64,000 bases of DNA from an uncultured Acidobacteriota bacterium (GTDB taxonomy: Bacteria; Acidobacteriota; Vicinamibacteria; Vicinamibacterales; 2-12-FULL-66-21), in contig CAVXUR010000008.1 in NCBI GenBank assembly GCA_963764925.1, forward strand, positions 3,923 through 67,922, given 5' to 3'. Below are positions 1 through 10,990 of the stretch, in pieces. The position numbers were made by a program, and so were the translations under genes. The number at the start of each line of letters is the position of its first letter. Position 1 is the first letter of the stretch. The notes under the pieces were generated by a model. That model was not told the DNA's origin. It made no database searches and saw only the letters and a program-made list of their open reading frames with translations.

Positions 1-894
1 GATGATCGCTTCCCACTCTTCGGCGGGACGCGTCGTGAACAACTCGCGGATCTGGCTCTGCAGCTCCTTCGTGCGGTCTGGATCCGCAGCGACGCGCTCG
101 CGATCCATAAGAAACGCAGCGTCCTCTGGATCGACGCCGATGGCGGCAAGCACCTCGGACGTGTTGCCATTCCCAGTCCCGAAGTAGACCCATCGGCCGT
201 CCGCACATCGCAGCGCACCGCCCGGTACGCCACCCGCGCCTGTCGGGCCCGTACGCTCGGGCGGGCTGTGAATGCGCATGCCCTGGTAGCCGATGGCGGC
301 GAACATCGCGTCGTAGAGCGGCACGACGATGCGCTGTCCGACGTCGCCCCCGCTCCCCACATCGAGCGCGAAGATGATCGCCGAGGCGGGTGGCCTGGAT
401 CGCGGCGAAGGTCGAAGGGATGGGCAGCGGCGTGTACACCGGCGGCCCGGGAGGCTCGCCGTCGCGGTTGCGTCGGTAGGTGCCGGTGGCGGCTTTGAGG
501 ACGCCCTCCCACGCCGGCATCGCTTCGCGGGTCATCTTCGGCGAAGCCGGGGAGCGAGCAGTAGATGAGCGCGGGGTTCGCCTCGGTCACTGCTGGTTCT
601 CCGAGGCCGAGGCGGTCCATGGCGCCGGGCCGGAAGTTTTCGATGACGACATCAGCGGTCTCGACGAGGCGTCGCGCTACCTCGCCGTCGCCCTCTTGCT
701 TTAGATCCAGCACAAGCGAGCGCTTGCCACGGTTCCAGAAGCCGTTAGCGGGGGTCTGCCAGGCCGGCCCGCCTGGCGGGTGATGTGTACGACGTCGGCG
801 CCCTGGTCGGCGAGAAGCTGGGCCGCGAGCGGTCCGGCAATGTACTGGCGACAAAGTCGATCACCCGGATGCCCGCGAGTGCCTTCCTCGCCAT
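1..894 (-). CDS. CaiB/BaiF family (class III) CoA transferase, runs off window edge, frameshifted
   Basis: Manual translation: MARKALAGIRVIDF..YIAGPLAAQLLADQGADV..NRGKRSLVLDLK..ADVVIENFRPG; GGAGG RBS upstream of ATG 894; several indels. Confidence 0.85.
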
Positions 895-1035
895 GGTCGG
901 CTCCTCCGTTGGTGGCTCGGCGGGAATGTAGTGGCCGCCGCGGGGCATTGCCAGCGCGCCGCCCGCTCGGTACCTGGTGTTCCCGGGCGGCGAGCCAGGT
1001 TCAAAAGCTTTGCGCCAAGCGCACCCGTCCGCTTG

Positions 1036-1050
1036 TTAACGCCGCGTTAA
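1036..1050. promoter_or_regulatory. Palindrome TTAACGC-C-GCGTTAA overlapping a TAAAAT -10 between divergent genes; candidate operator
   Basis: Perfect 7-bp inverted repeat in the intergenic region. Confidence 0.35.
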
Positions 1051-1076
1051 AATGCGCCCGAAATCGGGGGTGCACC

Positions 1077-2494
1077 GTGACGATCGACCAGGCGCGCATC
1101 GCGCGCATGCTCAACCCGCGCAGCGTCGTCGTCGTCGGGGCCAAAGGCCCAACCTTCAAGTGGATCGAGAACAAGAAGGAGTTCACCGGCGACCTCTACT
1201 CCGTGCAGGTCGACCCAGCCGAGATCACGGGCATCGAGGCGCTCGGCTTCAAGAACTTCACGAGCTCGAGGACGTGCCAGGGGAGATCGACCTCGTGATC
1301 TGCGTCGTGCCACGACAGGTCGCGCCACACATCGCGGCCGACGCGGACGCGCGTAACGCGGGCGGGATGGTGATCTTCACCGCCGGCTTCGCGGAGACGA
1401 GGGAGCCGCTGGGAATCCAGCTCCAGGAGCGCATCGTGCGATCGCGACGGAGTCAGGCCTGCCGATCGTCGGGCCGAACGGCATGGGTGTGCACAACGGC
1501 CGCCTGGGCGTGCGCTTCAGGGCGGACCAGCGTCGAAGCCGGAGGCAACGTGTCGTACATCACGCAGAGCGGTTCACGTCACGGGCGAGACTCTCCACGG
1601 AGTCGCAGGCGATCGGCATCAAGTGTCACGCGTACCGTCTCGATCGGCAACGCGGTGGTCGTGAACGAGGCGGACTACCTCGAGTTCCTCGGCAACGACC
1701 CGGACACGCAGTACATCGGCATGTACCTCGAGGGTGTGAAGGACGGGCGGCGCTTCTTCGCCACCTGCGCGAGATCGTGAAGAAGAAGCCGGTCGATCAT
1801 CTGGAAGGGCGGCTCAGAACGAGGTCGGCCGCTCGCGACGCGGTCGCACACTGGCTCGCTCGCGACGCCGCCCGCCGTGTGGGACGGCATGCTGCGTCAG
1901 GTCGGCGCGATCTCCGTCGCGAACCTCGACGAGATGGTCGACACGATGACGGCGCTGGTGCGTCTACCCCCGCCGCGCCGGCGCCGCGTGGCGCTAATCG
2001 CGCCCACCGGCGGCCCGTCGGTCGGCCTCGCGGACGCCGCCGGCCGCGCAGGTCTCCAAGCTCCGGCGCTCTCGCCGCGCTCCTACGAACAGCTCGGCGA
2101 GTTCTGGAACATGATCGGCGGCTCGTATCGCAACCCGCTCGATATGGGCAGCACCACTGGCCAGGCCGAAGCCAACTTCGGCCGCATCCTCGAGATCATC
2201 GCGGCCGACGACAACGTCGACGGCATGATTTATGACCTCGGCCCCGGCGGCCTGAACCGCCGCGACCCCGACCGCCTCGAGCGCACGCTCACCACACTCG
2301 ATGCCTTCCGCGACTCATGGGGCAAGCCGGTCGTGCTCGCATCGCTGCTAACCGCGAATCCTGAGAACTGGGTGGCGGCGCGCAACGAGTTGGCTGCGCG
2401 CGGCTACGCCGTGTATCCGTCGGTGGACCGGGCTGCGCAGGCGTACGCGCGGGTAGAGGGGTACTGGGCGACCCGGCGCGAGCGAGAGACCTGA
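1077..2494 (+). CDS. Acyl-CoA synthetase (NDP-forming) / CoA-binding protein, frameshifted
   Basis: Pieces in successive frames: LNPRSVVVVGA, DVPGEIDLVICVVP, FTAGFAE, IVGPNGMG, ITQSG, SIGN..DYLEFLGNDPDT..MYLEGVKDGRRF, NPLD. Confidence 0.85.
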
Positions 2495-2508
2495 TGACGA
2501 GATCGTGC

Positions 2509-3372
2509 TTACAGCTCGTCTCGAACGTCTGACCGTTGTTTCGATCCAGTCACCAGCTTCGGCTAGAAACGCCTTGGTGGCGCGCTTCGTCCATCCCTCG
2601 ATGAGTGATTCGGCCGCTACCGTCACCGCCGGGTGAATATCGTCAAGTCTGACATATAGGGGATCCGTTCGTTGCCGGTTCGCGTCGATCACGATGAACG
2701 TTTGGGGATCGGAGACATCGATGGCCCGGCCGATGGTCGGAGTCATCTCGACGCGGATCTCGATGTCCCGACCGCTCAGATGTACCTTGCTCATTCCGCC
2801 GTACGTCAGAGAACGATACGGACGGTCCCAGAAAGAGCAGTCGACGTGATTCCGTATTTCCTCGACGTAGTAGGAGATGTCCGGCGGCAACGCGAGTTCA
2901 GTAAGTTTCTGCTGGACTTGTTCCCGTACAAGTTGCTCCAGGCGATGCCCTACGGCCTGAACCTCGGCCTGGGTCAAACCTTCAGGAACTCTGAACAGGT
3001 CGCGGATACGAGATGCCTCCGCCTCGACGGGACGCCTCGCCTCGCGCAACAAGTCGGTCACCATCGCCATGGTGTCCAATGCGCGCGCTTCCACAAACCT
3101 CACGAATGGCTCGCTTCTGCCGGCATCTGCTGACGCCAGGGCGGCCCAGTAGCGCGTTTGCTGATCTGAAAACACAACGAACGGGATCCCTGTGCCGCGG
3201 TACAAGAATATCGACGCTAGTGCCCTCGCAGTCCTGCCATTCCCATCGGCAAACGGATGGACGGCGGTGAAGGCGTGGTGGACGTATGCCGCCTGCAAGA
3301 CTGGATGAGCCGACTCGAAATCCGGCTCCTTGATTTCCTCGATCAAGCGATGCATTTCCGACGACACATCTT
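2509..3372 (-). CDS. Fic family protein, N-terminus missing
   Basis: Canonical Fic motif HPFADGNGRTAR in ORF 2348..3442; Fic-like sequence starts abruptly at EDVSSEM (~3372); likely true stop near 2509 after an indel. Confidence 0.8.
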
Positions 3373-5834
3373 CGCTCGAACTGATCGAGCGCGTCGTTTG
3401 TTCGTCCCAGCGCGACGTACAGGTAGCCGAGGTCCCGGGCATGGACCCGCACCGTGCCGTCTTTTCCGGCCTTCTCGAGAGCGGCAGCGGCGGCGCGCGC
3501 CTCGTCGCGATGGCCGGCCAGCGCCTGTAGCCGAATGATGACGAGTCGCAGATTCAGGCCCGCATCTCCGGCCAGTTTCGCCGTCTCGGTCGCAGTTGTG
3601 AGCGCCTCGTCGTACCGCCCCTGGGCCTCGAGGACCCTCGCCAAAAGAAGCAGAGCGGACTCGTCACCAGGCTGCATGCTCAGCGCTCGTCGACTCGCCT
3701 GTTCGGCCGCGGCATAGTCCCGCTTGTAGTACAGCAACATGCCGTGATTGACGAGCGCGTCAAGCGACTGAGGATCCATCCGCAGGCTCTCATCAGACAG
3801 GACGAGCATCTCGTCAAATCGCTTCTCGGCCGCCAGGAGCTGCGCATAGACGTTGCGCGCGTACATGAAGCTCGGATTCAAGTCGATGCTTTTCTTCAAC
3901 TCAGTTTCGGCGCCGACCCAGTCCCAGTCATACAGGAACCTGATATCCGCCTCGGCCGCGTGCGCTTCAGCGATGTCGTCGCCGTTCTCGAACGCTTTTC
4001 GGATCTCGGCGCGGGCCAGCATCCGCGCCTCACCGTGCGAGATGCCGCCAAAACTCGCCAGCTTGACATAGGCGAAGGCTGCCGACGCGTGAGCGGCAGC
4101 GTGCCCCGGATCCGCCTCAATGGCTCGCTGGAATGACTTGAGCGCGCGGTTTGCCGCCTCCTTTCCATAGCCAGCGAGGTGCAGCCGACCCTGGAGGTAC
4201 GCCTCCTCGGCGGCAGGCGTTGTTCCCTTTACCTGACCCAGACGCAAGGCCTCGTCTTCGGTCACTGGCGCGCGCACGGCCCGAGTCACCGAGCGCGCCA
4301 CGTCCGAAAGCATCGAGGCCGAATCACCGCGTTGCCGTATCGCGAATCCCGACCACAACCGCGCACCGGTGCCTGCTTCAATCAGCGTGGCATCCAACCT
4401 GACACTTCCCCGTCGGTCGGACGAACTTTCAGTCACGGTTATCACTCCATCGAGCACCGCGTCGACGCCGAGCTGCCTGGCGATCTCGGTGCGGGGCAGG
4501 TCGCTGCCCTTGAACCTCATCGTCGAAGACATCGAGGTCGTGTTCAGTGAGTCGACCTGGCCGATGGTAGCGATCAGCTGCTCGGTCAGCGCGTCCGACA
4601 ACTCAGACGAGCCAGAAGTGGACTTGTCGACGAGAGGCAGAACGGCGAGGCTCTCGATTGACGCGGCCCTGGCGCCGGACTTGCCAGCCGTCCAGACGAT
4701 GAGACCGGTGATCACGGCCACGAGAGTCGCCGCGGCCAGACTCAACGCAAGGCCAAAGCGGGGACGGCGCACTGCGGCAGGCGCCTGAACAGCGGCGCGC
4801 CCCGCGGGGACCCCGAGTGAGTCGCGCAACGCGGACTCGAAGTCGCCGACGCTGTGATACCGGCGGGTCGGGTCGCTGTCGAGCGCGCGCTCGACGGTCG
4901 CGACAAAGGCTTCCGGGAGGTCTGGCCGCAGGTCGCGCAGCGACTGCCGCTGGCGATGCGCGTGCGCGCGGGCCAGCTCCTCCATCGACGCGGCGACCAC
5001 AGGAAACTTGCCAGTGACCAGGTAGAAGAGCAGAACGCCGAGACTGTCGAGATCGCTCTGGACCGAGGCCCGCTGGCCACGGAAGATCTCCGGCGCCAGG
5101 TACAACGGCGTCCCGACCAGGCGGTTGGTTCCGGACAGCTCCTCGCCCGTGCCGAAATCCATGAGCACCAGGCGGCCACCGCTCTCGCGCATGACGTTCT
5201 GGGCTTTGATGTCGCGATGCAGGAGGCCGGCGCCGTGCACCGCCGCCAGCGCCGCGCAGAGATCCAGGCCGATGAGCGCCGCTTCCCGAGCCCCGAAAGG
5301 CCCGCGGGCCTGAAGCACTTCCTCGAGCGACTGGCCGCGCACCAGTTCCATCCAGAGTCCGACGCGGTTGTCGTGCTGCTCCGCGCCGTAGACCTGGACG
5401 ACGTGCGCGTGCCGGATACGCGCGAGGCGCCGCGCCTCCTCGAGGATGCGTCCGTGCGCCTCGGCATGATCCCCTTCGTCGTGGAGCAGCTTCAGCGCCA
5501 CTTCACGCTGGAGCGCCGTGTCCCAGGCGCGGTAGACCTCGCATGAGGTGCCATGACCGATGCGGTCGAGCAGCGACAGCCGGCCCCACTCTCCGACGGC
5601 CGGGCCGGGGGCGCGGGATCGGTCGGCGACGGTCGCCGATGGGATCTGGCTGTCGTCGGCTTCTATCGGGGGAATGCTGCGGTGGAGGCTGGCGATGCTC
5701 TCGACGAGCCGGAGGTGGCGGACGAGAGGGCGGCTGTCCGCGTCGGCACGCGATTCGGCGCTGACCCAATCGACCGGCGCGCCATCGGCCACCGACGCCG
5801 CGGCGTCCACGAGTGCGCGATCGTCAGCTCTCAA
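3373..5834 (-). CDS. Ser/Thr protein kinase with TM, TolB_N-like and TPR domains, C-terminus truncated
   Basis: VALK, HRDIKAQN, DFG, GTPLYLAPE motifs; TM; SLAVLP; TPR repeats up to DALDQFER, after which the ORF runs into out-of-frame Fic DNA. Confidence 0.9.
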
Positions 5835-6432
5835 CGTCCATCTCCTCAGCCAGCCGGACGAGCGCCCGCGTCACGGCCATCCGGGCCGCGTCGGCACTCG
5901 CCCTTCCATGCGCCGCGGCAATCTGCGCGTAGCTTTGCTGCAGCTCCACCCGCGCGATGATCACTTCGCGCTCTTCGGGCCGCAGCCGTTGAAGCGCCGC
6001 CTCATATCGCTCCACGGCCTCGCGGCCGATCGCTTCATCGAGCGGGGACGCCGACGCGTCCGCATGCTCCGCGTCGTCCTCTATTCCTGCCGGCGTTGGA
6101 TACCGCGTCACCCTCCGGACCTCGTCACGGACCCGGTTGATAAGCGCCTGGCGCAAGTAGGCCTGGAGCGCGCCGTCGTGCCGCGGCTCGAAGTCCTTGA
6201 TGTGCCGCAGCGTTTGAGTCAGCGTCTCCTGGACCAGATCTTCAGTGTCCCGGAGATCACGGGTCCATCGCGGCAAACGTCCCCTCGCCCAGCGCCGCAG
6301 CGGGCCCTGATGCCGCCGAATCAGGTCGTCGAGCGCCTGGGCGTCGCCCCCACGCGCCAGACGCAACAGGTCGGCTGTCGAAGCCAAATCGGCAGACTTC
6401 TGCCTCGGCTCATCCATGCGAGCCGGCGCCAT
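5824..6432 (-). CDS. ECF-type RNA polymerase sigma-70 factor
   Basis: DTEDLVQET region 2 and LQRLRPEEREVI..SYAQIA region 4; overlaps the kinase start. Confidence 0.9.
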   Translation of the reverse strand: MAPARMDEPRQKSADLASTADLLRLARGGDAQALDDLIRRHQGPLRRWARGRLPRWTRDLRDTEDLVQETLTQTLRHIKDFEPRHDGALQAYLRQALINRVRDEVRRVTRYPTPAGIEDDAEHADASASPLDEAIGREAVERYEAALQRLRPEEREVIIARVELQQSYAQIAAAHGRASADAARMAVTRALVRLAEEMDVES

Positions 6433-6560
6433 TCGGCATGAAAACCGCTGCCGTCATGGCCCAGATGATAATCCGAACGGTCGTGCCGAATTGGCCTTCA
6501 GATAGACACAACGACGCCAGATCGGGAACCGAACAATTACTGCTCAGGTCTAGTCTTAAC

Positions 6561-6738
6561 CGAGGGGCTTCGCCCCTCGGACTCCTCTACTGGCTTCCGC
6601 CTCCGCCAAGCTACGGCGCGACCTCGCCGAAGCGCCTTCGGCGCGAAGGCAGGCGCTCGCGGGGACCCCGACGCCCCGCTCCGCTCGCCAGGCTCACTCG
6701 CTGCCGCTCGCTCGCAATTGTTTTGAGATAGCTTCTAG
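6561..6738. repeat. REP-like palindromic element with a nested second element
   Basis: CGAGGGGCTTCGCCCCTCGGACTC...CGCTCGCGGGGACCCCGACGCCCCGCTCCGCTCGC; related copy at 63358-63450 lacks the ~6591-6653 insert. Confidence 0.75.
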
Positions 6739-6797
6739 ACTCTCAGGGGTAGGGAATGGGGGCTTGCGGCTGGCTGCTGGCTCAGACTGGTGGATTT

Positions 6798-6880
6798 GCC
6801 ACGAACCGATCCGTGTTGTCCGTGTATTCCGTGGCTCTAGTCGAGCGCGTCCGTGTAGTCCGTGGCTCTAGTCGAGCGCG
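6798..6880. repeat. 9-mer (TCCGTGnnn) repeat element with a 31-bp tandem duplication covering the mreB stop
   Basis: 6819-6849 and 6850-6880 identical except 1 nt. Confidence 0.8.
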
Positions 6881-7884
6881 ACCTTCCTCAGCAGCGCCAA
6901 ATCCGTCAGCATGCGGCCGGCGCCAAGGACAACCGACGTGAGCGGGTTCTCGGCCACCAGAACCGGGAGCCCGGTCTCGTCGCGAAGCCGCTTGTCGAGG
7001 TTACGGAGCAGCGCGCCGCCACCGGTCAGCACTACGCCGCGGTCGAAGATGTCAGCAGAGAGTTCCGGTGGCACCCGCTCGAGCGCGTCACGCACGGCCT
7101 GCACAATCAGCCGGATCGGCTCGGACAACGCTTCACGGATATCACCGTCAGAAATTTTGAGCGTCCGCGGAACGCCTTCGACCAGGTGCCGGCCCTTCAC
7201 TTCCATCGTCAGTGGGGAATCGAGGACGGCCGCGGATCCCAGCTCGAACTTAATCTGCTCGGCCGTGCGCTCTCCGATGAGCAGGTTGTGCGCCTTCCGC
7301 ATGTAGGAAATGATCGCCTCGTCGAGCGCATTGCCGGCCACGCGGAGCGATCGGCCGTAGACGGTGCCGGCGAGTGAGATCACCGCGATGTCGGTCGTGC
7401 CGCCGCCAATGTCGATAATCATGTTGCCGGCCGCTTCGGTGACTGGCAGGCCCGATCCAATCGCCGCGGCCATCGGCTCGTCCACCAGGTGGACTTCGCT
7501 GGCCTTGACGCGATACCCGCTGTCTTTCACGGCCCGGCGCTCGACCTGCGTGATTTCCGGCGGCACGCCAATCACGAGTCGCGGACGGCGCATCGGGTTC
7601 TTGCCCTGCACCTTCCGCACGAAGTACATCAGCATCTTCTCCGCGGCATCGAAATCGGCGATGACGCCGTCCTTCATCGGACGAACCGGCTTGATGTTGG
7701 TTGGCGTCCGGCCCAGCATCTCGTGCGCCTCGGTCCCGACCGCCTCGATTGACCCCTTGGCGACGTTGAACGCCACGATGGAGGGTTCGTTGAGGACGAT
7801 GCCGCGCCCGCGCGCGAAGATACAAGTATTTGCGGTACCGAGGTCGATGGCGACATCGGTCGCGAAGGCCGAAAACAGGCTCAT
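6868..7884 (-). CDS. mreB: Rod shape-determining protein MreB
   Basis: AIDLGTANT, PMKDGVIADF, EPMAAAIG, DIGGGTTD, LTGGGALL; start chosen at MSLFSAF. Confidence 0.95.
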   Translation of the reverse strand: MSLFSAFATDVAIDLGTANTCIFARGRGIVLNEPSIVAFNVAKGSIEAVGTEAHEMLGRTPTNIKPVRPMKDGVIADFDAAEKMLMYFVRKVQGKNPMRRPRLVIGVPPEITQVERRAVKDSGYRVKASEVHLVDEPMAAAIGSGLPVTEAAGNMIIDIGGGTTDIAVISLAGTVYGRSLRVAGNALDEAIISYMRKAHNLLIGERTAEQIKFELGSAAVLDSPLTMEVKGRHLVEGVPRTLKISDGDIREALSEPIRLIVQAVRDALERVPPELSADIFDRGVVLTGGGALLRNLDKRLRDETGLPVLVAENPLTSVVLGAGRMLTDLALLRKVALD

Positions 7885-8121
7885 GTCCGAAGGCTCCGGG
7901 GTCGAACGAGACGGCAGGGCGGTGCTTTCGCAGCCGCCCTGCCCTCGTCTGGAGGAGAGGTGCCGTTGCTGCATCCTCCCCACGCATATCTCGTTCCGCA
8001 CACGCGCGACGCCGGGACCGCGCATTGGCGTAAAGAATTGCGAAATCGGCGCGAGGATCGTGGCCAAGCCCCGGAAGTGGGCTTACAAAGATGAAAGGGA
8101 ATTACGGTTGTGGCAGTTGAG

Positions 8122-9505
8122 CTACTTTAGCGCGAGCTTTTTGACCTCGAGCTGCCCGTCAACCTGGGCGCCAGCCGGGCTGAGGTAGTACACCGCACCG
8201 CCTGAGAGCGTGGCGGACGTAGGTCCAGCCACCGCGACGTTGGCATCGAGGACGTCGACGCTCCTCACCCGCCGCCCAAGGTCGTCCAGTCTCAGGCGGA
8301 CCAAGCGAAACGGCCCCTCCGGGGCGCCCTGAATCGCAACGAGCGACCCCCTGTACCAGCGAATCCACCTGATGCCTACCAAGGCCCAGGTCGGTCGTGG
8401 TCGACGCCGGTTCGACGACCGTCGTGGCCCGAGTGGTCAGGTCGAGTCGAAGAATGCCGCGGTCGTAAGCGGCGTATGCAGCCCCGTCGGCTGCGGGCGC
8501 AAGGCTCGTGCACTCGGGCGCGGCCAGTCGCGCAACCAGTTCGAGCGTCCGGCCCTTCTTGGCGACGCGGTAGACGCGCCGTCCTTCCCCATCAAGGGCG
8601 AGGATACTTTGAGGTGTTACGGCAACGTCGGTGAAGCGCGCCGGGCCTTCATCGGGTGAAAGGGGAATCGACGCCAGGACGCGGCCCGAGATCAGTTGAA
8701 GCTTGTGTACTGTCGACGATCGCGACCGGCTGGACGCGCTGACGACCCACAGGTCGCCCTCGGTCGCGTCAATCTCGAACGCCGAAACATCGTCAAAGCC
8801 CGCGTCGACGCCGGCGAGGCTCGCCATGTGACCGGACCGCTCCCCGATCACCAGCAGCCGCCGGTCATTCTTGTCCGCGACGATGAATCGTCCTGAGACG
8901 GCGTCGTACGCGAGCCCAACTGCGGTGAGACCTGAAGCGGCAAAAATCAAGCGCCCTGGAGTGCGTGCCGGCCGTGCGTCGACCCTGGCTGGTTCGGCAG
9001 CCGCCGCCGACTCCTTTTTGGTGGGTTCGGGCTTGCGAACATCACCTGCCGTCGACTCGGGTTTCACGGTCGGCGCCGGGTCGGAGGGAACGCTCGCAGG
9101 TTTCGTCTCGACAGTTCGAGTCGGCGCGGGATTTCCGCTGACTTTGGCCTCGAACTCGGCCCAGGCTGGCAGCGCACGCACGCGTTCGAAGTCGTTGCTG
9201 GTCGCCGCGTCTGTGGCGACACCCATGGACGCCAGCCGCTGCAGCATTACGAGCGCGTCGTGTGGCCTCCCGCTGAGGCTCTGGGCGCGCGCGAGGAGGA
9301 GCATCAGGGACGGGTCGTTCTTAGGGCCGAGCGACATCGTGCGCCAGGCCAAGTCGTGGAAGGCGTTATAGTCCTCGCGCTTCGCGGCGTCGAGGGCCAG
9401 CTGACGGCATTCCTGCCACTCGCGACAGTCCTGCGTGAACGATGGCACCTCCGTCCACGCGATAGTCGACACGGCGAGAACCAGCAGAGAGAAGAAGGTC
9501 ATCAT
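8122..9505 (-). CDS. Secreted hypothetical protein (helical N-domain plus probable beta-propeller), frameshift ~8385
   Basis: Signal peptide MMTFFSLLVLAV; ORFs 8159..9583 and 8122..8382 join into a gluconolactonase-like propeller. Confidence 0.6.
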
Positions 9506-9577
9506 CAGGGGATTTGCTCGATGGCCGCGGCTGACCATCCTGATAGAGCTATCGGATGGTCCGCGTCGCCGGACTAG

Positions 9578-9700
9578 CGCCACGGATCACACGGAAACCA
9601 CGGATCGGGCTCATTGAGAAGCGTATCTCACAAACGGCCGTGTCATCCGTGGCTCTAGAAGAGCCGTGTTGTCGGTGTGATCCGTGGCTCTAGAAGAGCC
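9578..9700. repeat. Inverted 9-mer repeat element (CCACGGATC..TCCGTGG) duplicating the adjacent gene end
   Basis: ATCCGTGGCTCTAGAAGAGCC at 9645-9665 and 9680-9700. Confidence 0.75.
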
Positions 9701-10319
9701 TGCCGATAATTGTCAGCAGGTCGACCGCGTCGACACTCGACCCGCCAACTCCGTCACCGACGACGCGACCACCTGTCAGGGGGTTTCCGAGAGCCTCGCC
9801 GGCAACGGGTCGTGGCATTTCACGGCTGCCACGGTCCTTTCCAGGGGCATCGACGATCTGCCTGAGCTCGCCGAAGTCGAGCCACACGTGCGCGCAGGTC
9901 TCACAGCTGTCGATCACGACGTTGCCCGGGCCGAAGTAGGGGTGCGTGACCATCGCGCCCTTACACACCGGGCAGCGGAGCTTGCGCTCGAGCTCCTGAC
10001 GATTGAGGGGAACGGGCAAAGCCGGCGTGCCGGTAGCCCAGGCGCGGCGCTTCTCGACGACGGCCGCAAAGCCCGTGCGCGCGATCAGCACACCTCGACA
10101 ATTCCGGCAGTATCGAATCGGATGTGTCTCGTCGGCCAGTGCCGACGCCAGGACCTTTTGGCAGACGGCGCACTCCAACGCTTCGGGAGCCTCTCCGACA
10201 ATACGAATCCCTTCGTCGGCCTTCGTCTCGGGAAAGTGAAACGAGCCGCAGTAGCGGCAGAAGAAGTAGCCGCGGGAGGCAAAGAGCTCCATCGCGCCGC
10301 CGCAGTTATTGCAATTCAT
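9690..10319 (-). CDS. Multi-zinc-ribbon (zf-TFIIB-like) protein
   Basis: Six CxxC pairs, ending CPVCKGAM..VIDSCETCAHVWLDFGEL. Confidence 0.8.
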   Translation of the reverse strand: MNCNNCGGAMELFASRGYFFCRYCGSFHFPETKADEGIRIVGEAPEALECAVCQKVLASALADETHPIRYCRNCRGVLIARTGFAAVVEKRRAWATGTPALPVPLNRQELERKLRCPVCKGAMVTHPYFGPGNVVIDSCETCAHVWLDFGELRQIVDAPGKDRGSREMPRPVAGEALGNPLTGGRVVGDGVGGSSVDAVDLLTIIGRLF

Positions 10320-10413
10320 CGCGGAAGATTCTGCAGCGATTCTATAACGGCGCTCGCGCGACATCGAGCGGCATCTTGCTATGATGGCAGCATCTCGCAC
10401 TCTGAGTTGACCG

Positions 10414-10894
10414 ATGCTTCAATCTCGTGCGCTGCTACTCGTTCTGATTGCGGCCGTCACCACCGCCGCCTGCGGCTTTCAGATGTCCTCCTGTAGCTGG
10501 GGTGTTGAACGCGATTCACCCACTGCGTCGCTCCCTGCTCCACCTGACGTCGCGGCGCCGCCCGCGGGGTCGCTCAAAACGACCTCTGGGCTGTCGACGC
10601 TGGTGCTGCAGCCTGGCACTGGCACCCGTCACCCGCGACCCACGGAACGCGTCACCGTGCACTATTCCGGCTGGACGACGGACGGAAAGACTGTTCGACA
10701 GTTCCGTCGCGAACGGCCAGCCCGCATCGTTCGCCCTCAACGAGGTGATCGCCGGCTGGACCGAAGGGTTGCAGATGATGGTCGAGGGCGAGAAGCGCCG
10801 GTTCTGGATCCCGGAGTCGCTCGCTTATAAGGGACAGTCCGGGTCGCCGCAGGGGATGCTGGTCTTCGACGTCGAACTGATCAAGATCCAGTGA
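10414..10894 (+). CDS. FKBP-type peptidyl-prolyl isomerase, frameshift ~10690
   Basis: KTTSGL, VTVHYSGWTTDG, FDSS, VIAGWTEGLQMM, FWIPESLAY, LVFDVEL. Confidence 0.9.
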
Positions 10895-10899
10895 AGCGC

Positions 10900-10978
10900 G
10901 GTTCAGGTTCAAGGTTCAGAGTTCAAGGTTCAGCAGGTTCAGGGTTCACGGTTCAGGGTTCAGGTCCGGCGTTCAGAG
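10900..10978. repeat. Heptamer tandem array (GGTTCAG)n
   Basis: About 10 degenerate GGTTCAR units between convergent genes. Confidence 0.85.
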
Positions 10979-10990
10979 TCGGCCGGCGCG

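Noticed and set aside
2982-5834. Kinase-Fic fusion protein
   Set aside because: Fic is in a different frame; the ORF tail after DQFER is nonsense
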